In this document: positions 13,181-27,879 of the stretch, piece by piece
Numbering within the stretch: position 1 is the stretch's first letter
Layout of the letters: every line of letters starts with the position of its first letter
Origin: the human T2T-CHM13v2.0 reference genome, Homo sapiens
NCBI RefSeq assembly: GCF_009914755.1
Contig: NC_060926.1
DNA length: 64,000 bases
Reading direction: 5' to 3' (one strand)
Program-made: the position numbers and the translations under genes
Notes under the pieces: generated by a model
What the model was told of the DNA's origin: nothing
Seen by the model: the letters and a program-made list of their open reading frames with translations, nothing else
The model's database searches: none

Positions 13181-16008
13181 GGCATTCAGTTTTATAAGGG
13201 AAACAGGAAATAAAAGTTCAGAAAATTTGCAGCCTGACAATCCAGTAGAAATTAAAATCCCATTTTCTGAGGAGAAATCCAAGCCTGCTGCAGAAATTTG
13301 CATAAGTAGTGAGGAGCCAAATGTTAATCCCCAAGACACTGGGGAAAATGTCTCCAGGGCATGTCAGAGGTCTTCACAATAGCCCCTCCCATCACAGGAG
13401 GAAAAAATGGTTTATTGGGTGGGGCCCAAGTTCCCCATGCTGTGTGCAGCCTAGGGACTTGGTGCCTTGCATCCCAGCAGCTCCAGCCATGTCTGAAAGG
13501 GGCCAATTTAGAGCTTGGGCCATGGTTTCAGAGGGTGCAAGCCCTCAGCCTTGGCAACTTCCACATGGTATTAAGCCTGTGAGTGCACAGAACTCAAGAA
13601 TTGGAGGTTTTCAAACATCTGCCTAGATTTCAGAAGATGTTTGGAAATGCCTGGATGGTGAGGGAGAAGTTTGCTACAGTGGCAGGGCCCTCATGGAGAA
13701 CTTCTGCTAGTGCAGTGCAGAAGGAAAATATGGGGTCACAGTCCCCACACAGAGTCCCTACTGGGGCACTGCCTAATGAAGCTGTGAAAAGAGGGCCACC
13801 ATCCTCCAGACCTCAGAATGGTAGATCCACTGGCAGCTTGCACCATGCACCTGGAAAAGCTTACAGACACTAAACACCAGTCCATGAAGGCAGCCAGTAA
13901 AGAAGCTGTACCCTGCAAAGCCACAGGAGCAGAGCTGCCCAAGACCATGGGAACCTACCACTTGCATCGGTGTGACCTGGATGTGAGAAATGAAGTCAAA
14001 GGAGATCATTCTGGAGCTTTAGGATTTGACTGCCCCACTGGATTTTGGACATGTATGGGACCTTCAGCCCCTTCTTTTTGGTCAATTTCTCCACTGTGGG
14101 ATGGGTGTAATTATCTTTAATTCCTGTACCCCCATTTTATCTAGGAAGTAACTAATTGTTTTTGATTTTACAGGCTCATAAGAGGAAGGGACTTGCCTTG
14201 TCTCAGATGAGACTTTGAACTATAGACTTTTGAGTTAATTCTGAAATGAGTTAAGACTTTGGGGGACTGTTGGGAAGGCATGACTGGATTTGAGATGTGA
14301 GGACAAGATCTGTGGGGAGCCAGGGGTGGAATGATATGGTATGGCTGTGTCCCCACCCAAATCTCATTTTGAATTGTAACTTCCACAATTCCCACATATT
14401 ATGAGAGGAAACCAGTGGGAGGTAATTGAATCATGGGGGCAAGTCTTTCCTGTGCTGTTTTCTTGATAGTAAGTCTCATGAGAGTTGATGGTTTTAAAAA
14501 ATGGGAGTTTCCCTGTAAAAGCTCCCTCTCTCTTTGCCTGCTGCCATCCATGTAAGAAGCGACTTGCTCCTCCTTGCATTCTGCCCTGATTGTGAGGCTT
14601 CCCCAGCCATGTGGAACTGTAACTCCATTAAACCTCTTTCTTTTGTAAATTGCCCAGTCTCAGCTATGTCTTTAAGAGCAGCATGAAAAGGGACCAATAC
14701 AACAGTAAACAGACAACCTATAAAATAGGAGAAAATATTAGCAAACAATGCATCTGACAAAGGTCTAATATCCAGGTCTATAAGGAAGTTGAACAAATGA
14801 ATAAGCAAAAAATAAATAAAAAATCGGCAAAGGTCATGACTACTTCTCAAAAGAAGACGAACAAGGAGCCAACAAACATATGAAAAAAATGCTCATCATC
14901 ACTGGTCATCAAAGAAATCAAAGTCAAAACCACAATGAGATACTATCTCAAACCAATCACATTGACTATTATTAAAACAATTAAAAAAACAACAAAGGCT
15001 GGTGAAGGCTGAATGCTTATACATTCTTGGTGGGAATGTAAATTAGTTCAGCCAGTGTGAAAAGCAGTTGGAAATTTCTCAAGGAATTTAAAACAAAACT
15101 ACCATTTGACCCAGCAATCCCATTTCTGGGTATATACCCAAAGGAAAATAAATCATTCTGTGAAAAAGATACATGCACTCATATATTCATCTCCAAACAA
15201 TTCACAATAGCAAAGACATGGAATCAACTAGAGTGCCCATCAATGGTGGACTGGATAAAGTCAATGTGGTAATACACCTGATGGAGAAATAAGCAGCCAT
15301 AAAAAAGAATGAAATCATGTCCTTTGCAGCGTCATGGATGTATCTGGAGGCCATTATCCTAAGCAAATTAATCCAGAAACAGAAAACCAAGTACCACAGG
15401 TTCTCACTTACAACTGAAACCTAAACATTGAGCATACATGGATATAAACGTGAAAAATAGACATTGCGGACTACTTTGGAGGAGGGAGAGTGGGAGGTGT
15501 GGATGGAAAAACTATCTATTTGGCACTATGCTTATTAAGTGGGTGATGGAATCTACACCCCAAAAATCTGCACTGCAAGAAGATCCCTTCTCAGTATCAC
15601 ATAAATACACATAACAATCCTGCAGATGTACCCCTGTTTCTAAGATTAAAATTAAAATTGAAAAAGTAAAAAAACCCAAAGCAGTAGCATTTTTATATGC
15701 AACTAGCAAACTACCTGAAAAGAAATCAAGAAAACAATCTCATTTAAAACAGCTACAAAAAAAAAAAAAGGCACCTAGGAATAAATTTAACCAAAAAGCT
15801 AAAGACCCCTACAATAGCAACTATGAAACACTGATGAAAGAAGTTGAAAATACACGATAAACAAAAAGATATACTATGGTCATTAATTGGAGGAACATAT
15901 ATTGTTAAAGTGTCTATACAACCCAAAGTGTATAGGTATTTCAGACTCAATGCAATCCCTGTCAAAACACCAATGGCACTCTTCACAGAAATAGAAAAAA
16001 AAATGCTA

Positions 16009-16400
<392 letters not shown>

Positions 16401-17140
16401 TCATACTACCTGACTTCAAAATAAAAATATAGTAGACAATTATAGTAAACAAAATAGCATGATATTGGCATACAAACAGACATGTAGGCTGTTGGAAAAT
16501 AAATAAATAAAGAGCCCAGAAATAAATCCACACATTTATGGCCAATGGATTTTTGACAAAGGTGCCAAGAGCATTCATTGGGGAAAGTATAATCTTTTCC
16601 ACAAATGATGTTAGGAAAACTGCAACATCTACATAAAAAAAATTAAATTAGACCTTTATCTCTCACCCTATAAAAATCAGCTCAAAATTGATTAAAGACT
16701 TAAATATAAGAACCAAAACTGTAAAACCATTGGGATAAAACATAAAGGAAGTTCTTTATGACATTGGTAGGGATAAGGATTTTTTAGATAAGACCTTGAA
16801 AGCACAGGCCACAAAAGCCAAAATGGACCAATGGGATTACACTGAATTAAAACACTTCTGCACAGAAGAGGAAACAACCAACAGAGTGCAGAGACAACCT
16901 ACAGAATGGAAAAAGATATTTGCAAATCATACATCTGCCAAGGGATTAGTATCCAAAATATATAAGAAACTCAAACAACTCAATAACAAAAAAAGCCCAA
17001 ATAATTTGATTAAAAAGTGGGCAAACTACCAGAATTGATATTTCTTAAAAGAAGGCGTACAAATGGCCAACAGGTATACTAAAAAATGCTCAACATCACT
17101 AAACATTAGGGAAATGCAAATCAAAACCACAATAAAATAT

Positions 17141-18045
17141 TCACCCAAAACCCAAAAGTATAAAAACCCTGGAAGACAACCTAGGCAATATCATTCATGA
17201 CGTAGGCATGGGCAAATAATTCATGATTGAAGGTGCCAAAAGCTTTTGCAACAAAAATGAAAATTGACAAATGGTATCTAATTAAACTAAAGAGCTTTTG
17301 CACAGCAAAAGAAACTATCAACAGAGTAAACAGACAACCTCCAGAATGAGAGAAAATTTTTGAAAACTATATATCTGACAGGGGTCTAATATCCAGCATC
17401 TATAAAGAACTGAAACAAATTTACAAGATAAAAAACAAACAACCCCATCAAAAAGTGAGCAAAGAACATGAACAGACACTTTTCAGAAGAAGACATACAT
17501 GTTGCCAACTATCATATGAAAAAAGCTCAATATCACTGATTAGAGCAATGTAAATCAAAAACACAATGAGATACTGATATGGTTTGGCTGTGTCCCCAAC
17601 CAAATCTCATCTTGAATTGTGGTTCCCATAATCCCCACATGTTGTGGGAGGGGCCCAGTGGGAGGTAATTAAATCATGGGGGTGGTTACCCTCAGGCTGC
17701 TGGTCTCACGATAGTAAGTGAGTTCTCATGATACCTGATGGTTTTATAAGGGGCTTTCCCACTTTTGCTGGACACTATTCCTTGCTGCTGCCCTGTGAAG
17801 AAGGATGTGTTTGCTATGCCTTTGCCATGATTGTAAGCTTCCTGAGGGCTTTCCAGCCATGCTGAACTGTGAGTCAACTATACCTCTTTCCTTTATAAAT
17901 TACACAGTCTTAGTTAGCTATGTCTTTATTAGCAGCATAAGAATGGACTAAAACAGATAGCATCACACTCCAGTCAGAATGACTATTATTAAAAAGCCAG
18001 AAAATAACAGATGCTGGTGAGGTTGTGGAGAAAAAGGAACACTGC
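17141..18045 (+). mobile_element. Internal L1PA-type ORF2 fragment (no 3' end), split by THE1C
   Basis: aaaaccctggaagacaacctaggcaat...gatgctggtgaggttgtggagaaaaaggaacac. Confidence 0.8.
17575..17955 (+). mobile_element. THE1C solo LTR
   Basis: tgatatggtttggctgtgtcc...ggtggttaccctc...ggactaaaaca; TSD gatac/gatag. Confidence 0.88.
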
Positions 18046-18805
18046 TGGCCACAACTACTTTTGCAGTTTCAGGCCCTGGATCCTCAAAAAGCAAGCCTCT
18101 ACTTCAGCTTGGGCACAAATGGGAGGATAAACCATGGCCTTGGATGAGAGCATGGAAAACTCTAAGAAAGCTTGACTCCAGGTGTTAGGGCATAGCAGCC
18201 GCTAGGCTCAAGACTGATGTACTCTCTAGTGGTCATGGTACAGTGGCAGCAAAGCCTCCAGGCTGCAATGGCTGCTAGCACCAGGAATAGGATGCACTCT
18301 AACAGTGACTCTGGTTTCAAGATGGCACAGAGCAGTAGCAGCATAGAAATTGGGGTAGGGCACAGTATTGTTCCTCCTCTAAGGTGTAGCACAGCATATG
18401 AACTCTTGAATCTTGGGAGCTCCCTCAACTTGGCACAGAGCCTGAGAGTACTGCAGCGTTTTCCAGTAGCAGACTCCAGGAGTCTATGTTGGTGATGGGG
18501 GCTGTTTGGGTCCTCTTGCTTACCATTTCACTTGAAGCTTCCCTTACAGGGTGGAGTTCCTCCTGGTTCTGAGCTGATCATGACTTGGAGTATGGGGTGG
18601 CAGAGGCAAGATATTTTTTTTTTTTTGTATACCTCCATATGGGTTTCTGTGCTCTAAAAATTTTCTGTTGCTTCTATGTTGTTCTCTGGTGCTCTTCGTT
18701 AGTTATTTTGTTTAAAATATAGTTGTTTATTTGTTGTTTTGTTTTGTTGGTGGGGGAGGAGAAAGACCACTAGAAGCTTCAAGTTGGCCATTGTATTGAT
18801 GTCAC
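18046..18805 (-). mobile_element. L1M 5'UTR fragment, antisense
   Basis: Reverse complement starts gtgacatcaatacaatggccaacttgaagc, like L1M 5' ends; GC-richer than flanks. Confidence 0.55.
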
Positions 18806-19084
18806 CATTTCTCATGCCATTTAAAAAAATATGTTTCTGGAATCCATAGCATGATCTAATGAGCTTTTAGATATTTGGTTCTAGTACTAATAAAGATAAA
18901 TTATCACAGATCTTCAGAGCAAGGAGTTGTCAGCTATAGTGAGGACTTCTTCAATTATCTCTTTTTTAAGTTTTTTTCTTCTCTTCTTGCTCTTACTTTC
19001 ATTTCATGAAGATTTAAAATTTACATCTTTGTGCCTAATAATGAAAGTTCAAAATTATAAAGCCAAAATTTATAGGCTCAAATG

Positions 19085-20028
<944 letters not shown>

Positions 20029-20266
20029 TCTGCTTTATTTTTAATGACCTCTGCATTACTGCTCACTCAAGTGCTTTTATGTGTACTTAAGAATATAATG
20101 AGTCAACAGAGAACTAGGAAGTAGCAAGCTTTCCCCAAGAACATTTCTTACACCTGTCCCAGTCCATACCATTGGCAAGACAATAATTAATATATGCATA
20201 TATCTGCGAAGTCATCACCATACTTCTTGAATTGCATGGCATGCTTATTTCCTTTGTCTTAATTCC

Positions 20267-20565
20267 TTTTTTTTTTTTTTGAGATGGAATTTCACTTTTG
20301 TTGCCCAGGCTAGAGTGCAATGGTGCAATCTCAGCTGACTGCAACCTCCTGGCCTCCCAGGTTCAAGCAATTCTCCTGCCTCAGCCTCCCGAGTAGCTGG
20401 GATTACAGGCATGTGCCACCATGCCCGACCAATTTTTGTATTTTTAATAGAGATGGGGTTTCACCATGTTGGCCAGGCTGGTCTTGAACCCCTGACCACA
20501 GGTGATCCACCTGCCTCGAGCTCCGAAACTGCTGGGATTACAGGCTTGAGCTACTGCACCTGGCC
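20267..20565 (-). mobile_element. AluSp/Sq-like
   Basis: ttttgttgcccaggctagagtgcaatgg; full length with T tail. Confidence 0.9.
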
Positions 20566-22744
20566 CAAACTATTTTTTAACTAAAAAATTTACAATTGAT
20601 GATCCAAAAATTTCAAATGTAGGTTACTTAAATGACTAATACAATTGATATACTTCTTGATAAATTTATTTAAAAAAAAGGAGAAGTCAAGTAATCTACA
20701 CCAGGATTTAACAGAGGATTTACATTATAAAGCCCACAGACATTGTAAAGATCATAAAATATTGGTGTAAAATTCTGGTTACCAAACAACATGAAAAGAT
20801 AAAGAAAACTACCTTACACACATAAATTCATTTGATCTTTAAGAAGAGGTAATATCATAAAGAAAACATGTAAGTACATAAACTGTAAGCTTTACAAGTA
20901 GCTAAAAATGAAAAAAAAATTGAATCTTATCTTCTATTTTAATAAAAATGGTAAACTCAATATAGAACAAATTTCAAGGACAAATAAAGTGACAGTATGG
21001 AATAATCATTTCCCACTATTACCAACAGTATTAAATTAAGCATTACTTTGACCTCAACTTCTAGGAATTTCTCCTAAGAAAACAATGCAAAGTGTTACCC
21101 ATAATGCATGGTCAAAGATATTCAACCCTTCATTATAATAGGTCAAATTCACAATAATTCAAAAGCACAGGACAAAGGAAATGATGAAATAAATTAGGTA
21201 AATGTACACACTGGAATAATATGCAGCCATTGTAAATATAAAAAGTACAGTGGCAGAAAGATTTTTGTTTGTAGAGAGAGTAAAGCAAGATGTAAATTAT
21301 TTACATAGAGTTGCCTTATGTACACAAATATATGTCTTTCTATTGCTCTGCTCATCTATTAATTGATATATAAAAATTCATGATTTAAGAGCTGTATAGC
21401 AATAAACAGAAATATATTAGCAGCTTATATGTAGTGTGATTACAGGTGTTGTAATTTTATTTTTTTGCTTTCTGTATTTTTCCTAATTAGCACATTTGTC
21501 TTTTAAAATCAGGAATCAATTGATGAGCACTAATGACCATAAGCGATGAATCTAAATATATAGCTAACATTAAGTAATACTGTTTTAACAATGTTTATTT
21601 CAAATTGAGTTTGCTAATTATCACACACTATAGATGTCATTTGTGTTTGAAGCTTTAGTGAAAAGCTGTATTTTTGTCTGTGCAAACAAAGCTTTCGAAG
21701 GCACACAGAAATGAAGACATAGACTATTGCATCTGTGGTTATTCTGGAGTACTCACAGGTCCCCATGTTGTTTTGGGTCATAGAGATTTTTAATAGATAG
21801 TAATGAACTCCAGGGATTAGGGTTGTGGGTGGTCATGAATACTCAGAGAGGGTAGCATAGTCTGTTTTGTGAGGATTACTAACTCCCACAGAGAGTGAAA
21901 TTTCACTGGTCAGTGGAAAAAATTACTGCAATTAGCCAGTAACCTGAAGTACAGATTGCATAGTGTTTAAAACAAGTAGGTTTTGCTGTGTAGTCATTCA
22001 GCACAGCATCACTCACTTTAATAGCTATTATGTAAAAAAGTAGAAATGAGGCAGCATAGAAATTTCCAACAGACCTAGATCTTCTTAAAATAGTACCTTT
22101 TCCCAAAGGCCAACTGACTCCATTGGAGGTTACAGTATTTTAATAATGCTTCTGAAAAGATTAACTAAAAGGTTTCACACCAGAAACCCAACGTTAGCTG
22201 CTTTTGACTCCAGGCAAACTGTTACTCATGCACAAGGCTGAGCACATCAGGAAGAAGATTTAAAGATAATAAAATGTTAGAAAATAAAGTATTATTAGAA
22301 AAAAACTAATCTAAGATTTCCGAAGTATTTTTATTTTTAAAGTGAGATGAATTTTTATTTTGTTATTATAATACATTTAAGGATAAAATAATGTCATCTG
22401 GCAAGGTAGGTCTTATGACTTGAATGCCAAAATTATTGAAATCACATGTTTCAAAAGTAATCATAATCAGATGATTAATGATCACCTTTAATATGCTGAA
22501 TCTAATAATTATCTTTAATATGTTGTTGTTTAATGTGTATACATTAGGTTTACTAATAACCATCATTTTTGAGAGTTTTATCATAGTGGGATACCAGGAA
22601 AATTTTAGTACAAATTACATTAAGTGAAAATTATCAGCTTCAGGGCATTTTAGCTTGTTCTATACCAATCTCTTTTGTTCCAGCTCTATGTCAGCCTTGA
22701 ACGAAAGCTCTATTTCAAGAGAATTAGATGCTGAGTACTTTGAA

Positions 22745-23720
22745 TAAATGTAGGCCAACAAATTGGATAACTTAGATGAAAAGAACACATTCCTAGAGAG
22801 ATACAAAGTACTAAGGCTGACTCAAGAACAAACAGAATACCTGAATAGACCATGCAGGTAAATACATTGAATTAGTGAATGTAAAACTTCCCACAAAGAA
22901 AAGCCCAGCCCCCCACCCCAGCTTACACTGGTGAGTTCTACCAAATATGAAGGAAAATTAATTCAATTCTTCAGAAATGCTTCTATAAAATAGAAAAAAA
23001 TGAAAATACCTCCTAACTCATTCTATGAGGTCAGTATTGCCCTGATATCAAAACCAAAGATATCTTGATTAGTTAATACTGCCGATTAATATTTCTTATG
23101 AGTATAGGCACAAAAATATTTATCAAAATAGTAGCAAACTGAATCCAGTAATGGTACTATGGTTAAGTGATATTTATCCCAATTATCTAAGGTTGGTTTA
23201 ATACATAAAATAAATTTAATGCATTATATTAACAGAATAAACACATTATCATTTCAATGAATGCAGAAAAAGCAACACCAATTTATAATAAGAATATAGT
23301 AGAAATAAAAGGGAATTTTCTCGAGCTGTTAAAAGGTGTCTAGGAGACTGATTAATGGATCAACCAAATGTGATATATCCGTACAACAGAATATTATTTG
23401 GCAATTAAAAAAAGAGCACTAATACATGCTACAACATGGGCGAACCTTCAAAACATTATACTAAGTGAAAGAAGCTAGTGTCAATTAGCACATATTGTAT
23501 GATTTTATTTATGTACTATTTCTAGAATAGGCAAATCTTAGAGACAAAAAATAGATTAATGGTTACTGTGAACTGAGGGTGGGGGTGGGAGTGAATGTGT
23601 GGGAATGACTGGTGATGCTTACGAAGTTTCTCTAGAAGTGAATAAAATGTTCTAAAATTAGAAAGTTAATAATAGTCACATAATTATGTGACTATCTAAA
23701 AGCAACATATTGCACACTTT
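22745..23720 (+). mobile_element. L1M ORF2 fragment (to ~23340) joined to an L1MB-like 3' end
   Basis: caacaaattggataacttagatgaaa; ctaactcattctatgagg; ctaagtgaaagaagctag; ggcaaatcttagagacaaaaaatagatta. Confidence 0.7.
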
Positions 23721-24317
23721 TTTTAAAGAGGGAAAAATAAGCAGTTAGTACTTCCATGTTGGTATATAATAGCAAGAATTAGGGTATTATATTGCAGCAC
23801 TTTGGGGTGCAAATACTAGGAACCTGTAATATTATAAAAATATGATGTTATTCTAAATGTATCCTAATGAAAAATGTTATATATAATTAATACAACATTA
23901 ATTTTACTTAACAATAAATAGCAACTGTTTTTGATTTTAAGAGTCTCTTAATTGACCTGAGCAGAAAATGACAAACAGAATAACTTGAAAATTTTCTGAA
24001 ATTTGTCTCTTTCCACTTACAAGTTCTAATTTAGGAGACCTGCTGATGAATATTAGAACTTTAGCATGTTATATACTTAACTTAGATTTTATTTGACTTA
24101 CTCAAATCTGAATTTTTCAAAATTATGACTTTTTGGAAAATGAGTATGCCTTTAACATACAACGTCTCTTTCATGCTTTTTAAAGTTAAATTTAAGTTCT
24201 AAAACTTAAATCAAAATAATGTTATAAGAAATCTAATAAAAACATAAGAAATGAAATGAGAATAATCTATAGAGTTAATTTAGTAATATATTGCTACAAA
24301 CACTTCTGTTACTGTTT

Positions 24318-24518
24318 AATATAGTAGAAGGAGCACTGATTTTAAATGCCAGGCCCCTGCGAGATTGGGTTCAAGTCCTAGCTTTACTGGTAATTTGTTG
24401 TCATAATCTTGGCTTAATATCAAGTATTCTCACTGTCCTTTAATTTCTCTGTCTGTAAAATGAGGGGATTGGGCTACATGATCATTAAAGCTACTTCCAA
24501 CTCTAGATTCCTATTTTT
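24318..24518 (+). mobile_element. MIR/MIR3 SINE
   Basis: gggttcaagtcctagct; tctgtaaaatgagggga; ttccaactctagattcctat. Confidence 0.7.
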
Positions 24519-25579
24519 CACAGTTTCTCTAGTTTGAAATGTTTATTGGTATTGTGTTAATACTGTTAAACTTCGAGTATATCTGTTTTAAAAAGCTCTA
24601 TTATATATAAAGCACCCCAGAACACCCTTGAATAAGAAATATATTTTCAAAAGTTAAATAAAAATATTACTCTGCTATATAAGAAATAAATCTAAATATT
24701 TATAATTAAACTAATTTGAGATAAGGGGTTATATCAAAGAACAGATGCAGTAAACATATTCTAATATTTCTACTATAAACATTTTCTGTCATGTTTTCAT
24801 CACTTCCAAGACAGTTTAAATAGGCTCTGTCTAATGCACATATATTCTACTTCTTATTTACACTTTGGCATAATTTTTTTTTAATTTTAGCTTCACTGTA
24901 TGGCAAATGACTTGAAATATTTCAGTATAAATGTTTTATACTGATTACACAAATCTGTATTATTATATTATAAACCATACCAGCATAGCCAGAGGTAACT
25001 CTAGGGAAATATAGTCTTGATAGTAAATAAAAGGACTATTTAAGTAAAATATAATGTGCATGAATATATTTAAAAGATGTTCAAGAGATCATTTAAAATA
25101 TGATTCTTAATTGTTTCAACATAAACATGAACAGAGAATTAGAAACTTTACTGCTGCCAAATACGTTCATAGCACCTTTTAAAATTGGAACTAAAACAGC
25201 TTTGGAAGAAAGAGAAGAATATAAAATGTCCTTAATACTAAGTATGGATCATGGAATATTTTTTTAATCTCCATTGTAAAGAATATACCATAATTAGAAC
25301 AATAAATTTTACTCTGTATGCCAGTTATTTAGCTGAGAATGTATCAATTCCCTGATTCACACTTGCATTTCTACCTCTCTGATATTCTACTTGTTGTTAC
25401 TACTTGATATTACCATATGGAAAATATTGCTGTGGCTACGAAGACTGTCTCCAATTCTTTGTTGCATTATTGGTGAAGAAAAATCACACTTGTCGAACTT
25501 TTGTTAAATAAGTTATAATCATTTTTTCACAATGCAAGTGGGCTCAAAGTATCCAAAAATTTTTTAAAAAGCTTTTGGA

Positions 25580-25903
25580 GGCTGGGTGCACTGGCTCATG
25601 CCTGTAATCCCAGCACTTTAGGAGGTGGAGGTGGATGGACTACCTGAGGTCAGGAGTTCGAGACCAGCCTAACCAACATGGTGAAACCCCGTCTCTACTA
25701 AAATACCAAAAAATTAGCTGGGCGTGGTGGCCAGTGCCTGTAATCTCAGCTAGTTGGGAGGCTAAGGCAGGAGAATCACGTGAACCCAGGAGGCAGAGGT
25801 TGTAATGAGCCAAGATCATGCCATTGCACTCCAGCCTGGGCAACAAGAGAGAAACTCTGTCTCAAAAAGCAAAACAAAACAAAACAAAACAAACAAACAT
25901 AAA
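25580..25903 (+). mobile_element. AluSq/Sp-like with (CAAAA)n tail
   Basis: cctgaggtcaggagttcgagacc; gggcaacaagagagaaactc. Confidence 0.92.
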
Positions 25904-27299
25904 CACGTTTGGAAAACTTGGCAGCAGCAATGGAAACTCCTGGGATAGCCCTGTTATAACACAATATAAGTCAGATAATAATGCTTCAGAATTTAATAAA
26001 GTATGAGGGGTTAAATAATGTAAAGAATTGATTTAGAACTATTTTATGGTAAAAATAAAAGGATTAGAAGATACTAATCAGCAACCAATTCTAATGCACC
26101 ATAATTAATACAGATTTAAAGTAATAATGGTAGTAGGGGAAAGGTTTGATAACGTTAATACAAATTTTGCTTGTAGCTAAAGTTAGATTGCCAACCTTAT
26201 TAGGAACTTGGTTATTCTGATTTCTATAATCTTTTAGTTTTTCATAAAGCTGTACATACACAGCACTACTTAGTAATTCCTTAGATGTTAAAATTCCATC
26301 AAGGCATTTTTCTACATATAAATTGAAATTCTCACTAGCTTATAGAAAGCCTGAAACATAACTTTCAACATCTAGATTTCAAGATAGTGGTTAATATATG
26401 AGTATTGCTGAAATACAAAGAATAAATTCAGTTAAGAAAGAAAATTTAAAATTTTTATTCCCCAAACAAGATTTAATCGAAATTCAGTTATAATTCCTTT
26501 TGCTTATTTATTTAATTATACATTATATATATACATATGTGTATATATATTATATAATATACATGTAAAATATATATTATATAAAATATATATATATTTT
26601 GCCTTTGCTTTTAATTAATTTAAAATTATCCACAAAATAATTATACACTGTTTGAATATACTTTTAATATTAATTTCATTGTGTGCTAGAATCTAAATTT
26701 TCTTATCTCATCAGTATCGACTTAATAATGTAGAGATATATCTAGTAAAAAAGAAAATGAGACAAGTAATATAGACTACAATACTTTCTAGTATGATACA
26801 AGATGTTTCAAAATGTTATTGATGTATTATGATTCTTTAATCATTATTCATAATTATAGCTTTGCTTCATACTGTCAGTTAGCATATAGTTATATACATC
26901 ATAGGTAGAGAAAGTCATGTTCATGGTGAATTTTTCATATTGTTAGAAGAATTGGAAGCAGATTAAATACACATATTTTAAAATTTTTGGTCTTTAAATA
27001 CATGAGTTCCTTGATAATCTTGTTGAATTGAACAGCTCTTTTACTTTCCCAAATAATAAACAATCCATAATACCAGAGGATTCTGTCCACTTTTTAATCC
27101 TCTGAGTAATATTGAAGTCTTTCTTTATTCATAAAAATATAGAGAGGAGTATGTTTGATATTTTTGAACACGTACACTACAGGTTTTATCTAGTTAGCAA
27201 ATAAGATCATGTTCTTCGGGAAAGAGAGAGAGAGAGAAGCAGAAGAGTGGTGTGATGAGGTGAAAATTGCTATCTGACAGGGTCTGTGATTTTTGGTAG

Positions 27300-27510
27300 T
27301 GGGGCAGCCAGCTATCTGAGTCTGTCCTGAGAGATGCTGGGCAATATATAATCAACTTCTCTCCTTACCTTCTTACATCTTGCCAGTGCTTTTCATTGTG
27401 AAATACACCAGAAGCCAGTAGGTCAGTAACCTGTTGGTGCAGCCCAAATAGATTAGCCTCCCAGGACCTGAAGAGTTTAACTTGGATATGGATGCATAAT
27501 CAGAAGATAG
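27300..27510 (-). mobile_element. Old ERVL LTR fragment (LTR33-like)
   Basis: ccagaagccagtagg...gtgcagcccaaatagattagcctccc. Confidence 0.35.
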
Positions 27511-27879
27511 CCGAAAGACCAACCATAAAGAAAAAGTGCACCTCAGTATATACCATTTTTATTATATCAAATCATTTTTGTTTTGATTCTTATGAGGTTA
27601 TGAATGCTGATCATTAATGTAATATTTGATAAACTGTCCAAAATGTTTTGTAAACTTTATAGACACAATTTAGTTGGATATAGACATAAATCCAGTTTAC
27701 ATCAATAAAGAAAAAAAGAAATCATACAAATAGCATAGTAATAACTTTTATATTCTCTAAACATACCCCTAGGCTTAGCATTAATAGGCAAACATATTAA
27801 ACAAATGAAACACCCTAACATATTTTCTCTATTGTAAATAAATAATAATTCATAGAATAACCTGTTAAGAATAATGGTT

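Larger units (their letters stand above)
11916..14701 (+). mobile_element. Full-length THE1B provirus: 5' LTR 11916-12433, internal 12434-14331, 3' LTR 14332-14701
   Basis: Two LTRs (tg..atggt.tggctgtgtccccacccaaatctc ... aat[c/t]a); internal starts gtaaattggtaccag; TSD acggt/acagt. Confidence 0.93.
11888..15670 (+). mobile_element. 5'-truncated L1PA15/16-like 3' end (11888-11915 + 14702-15670), split by THE1B
   Basis: gcacagcaaaagaaactatcaac|...|agtaaacagacaaccta is contiguous L1 ORF2; 3'UTR gaaaaactatctatttggcactatgct; A-rich tail. Confidence 0.8.

Noticed and set aside
12585-14120. Overlapping 60-184 aa ORFs (also 62626-63776, similar peptide MLNGFDQ...)
   Set aside because: THE1 internal and Alu read-through; the similarity reflects two copies of the same MaLR family
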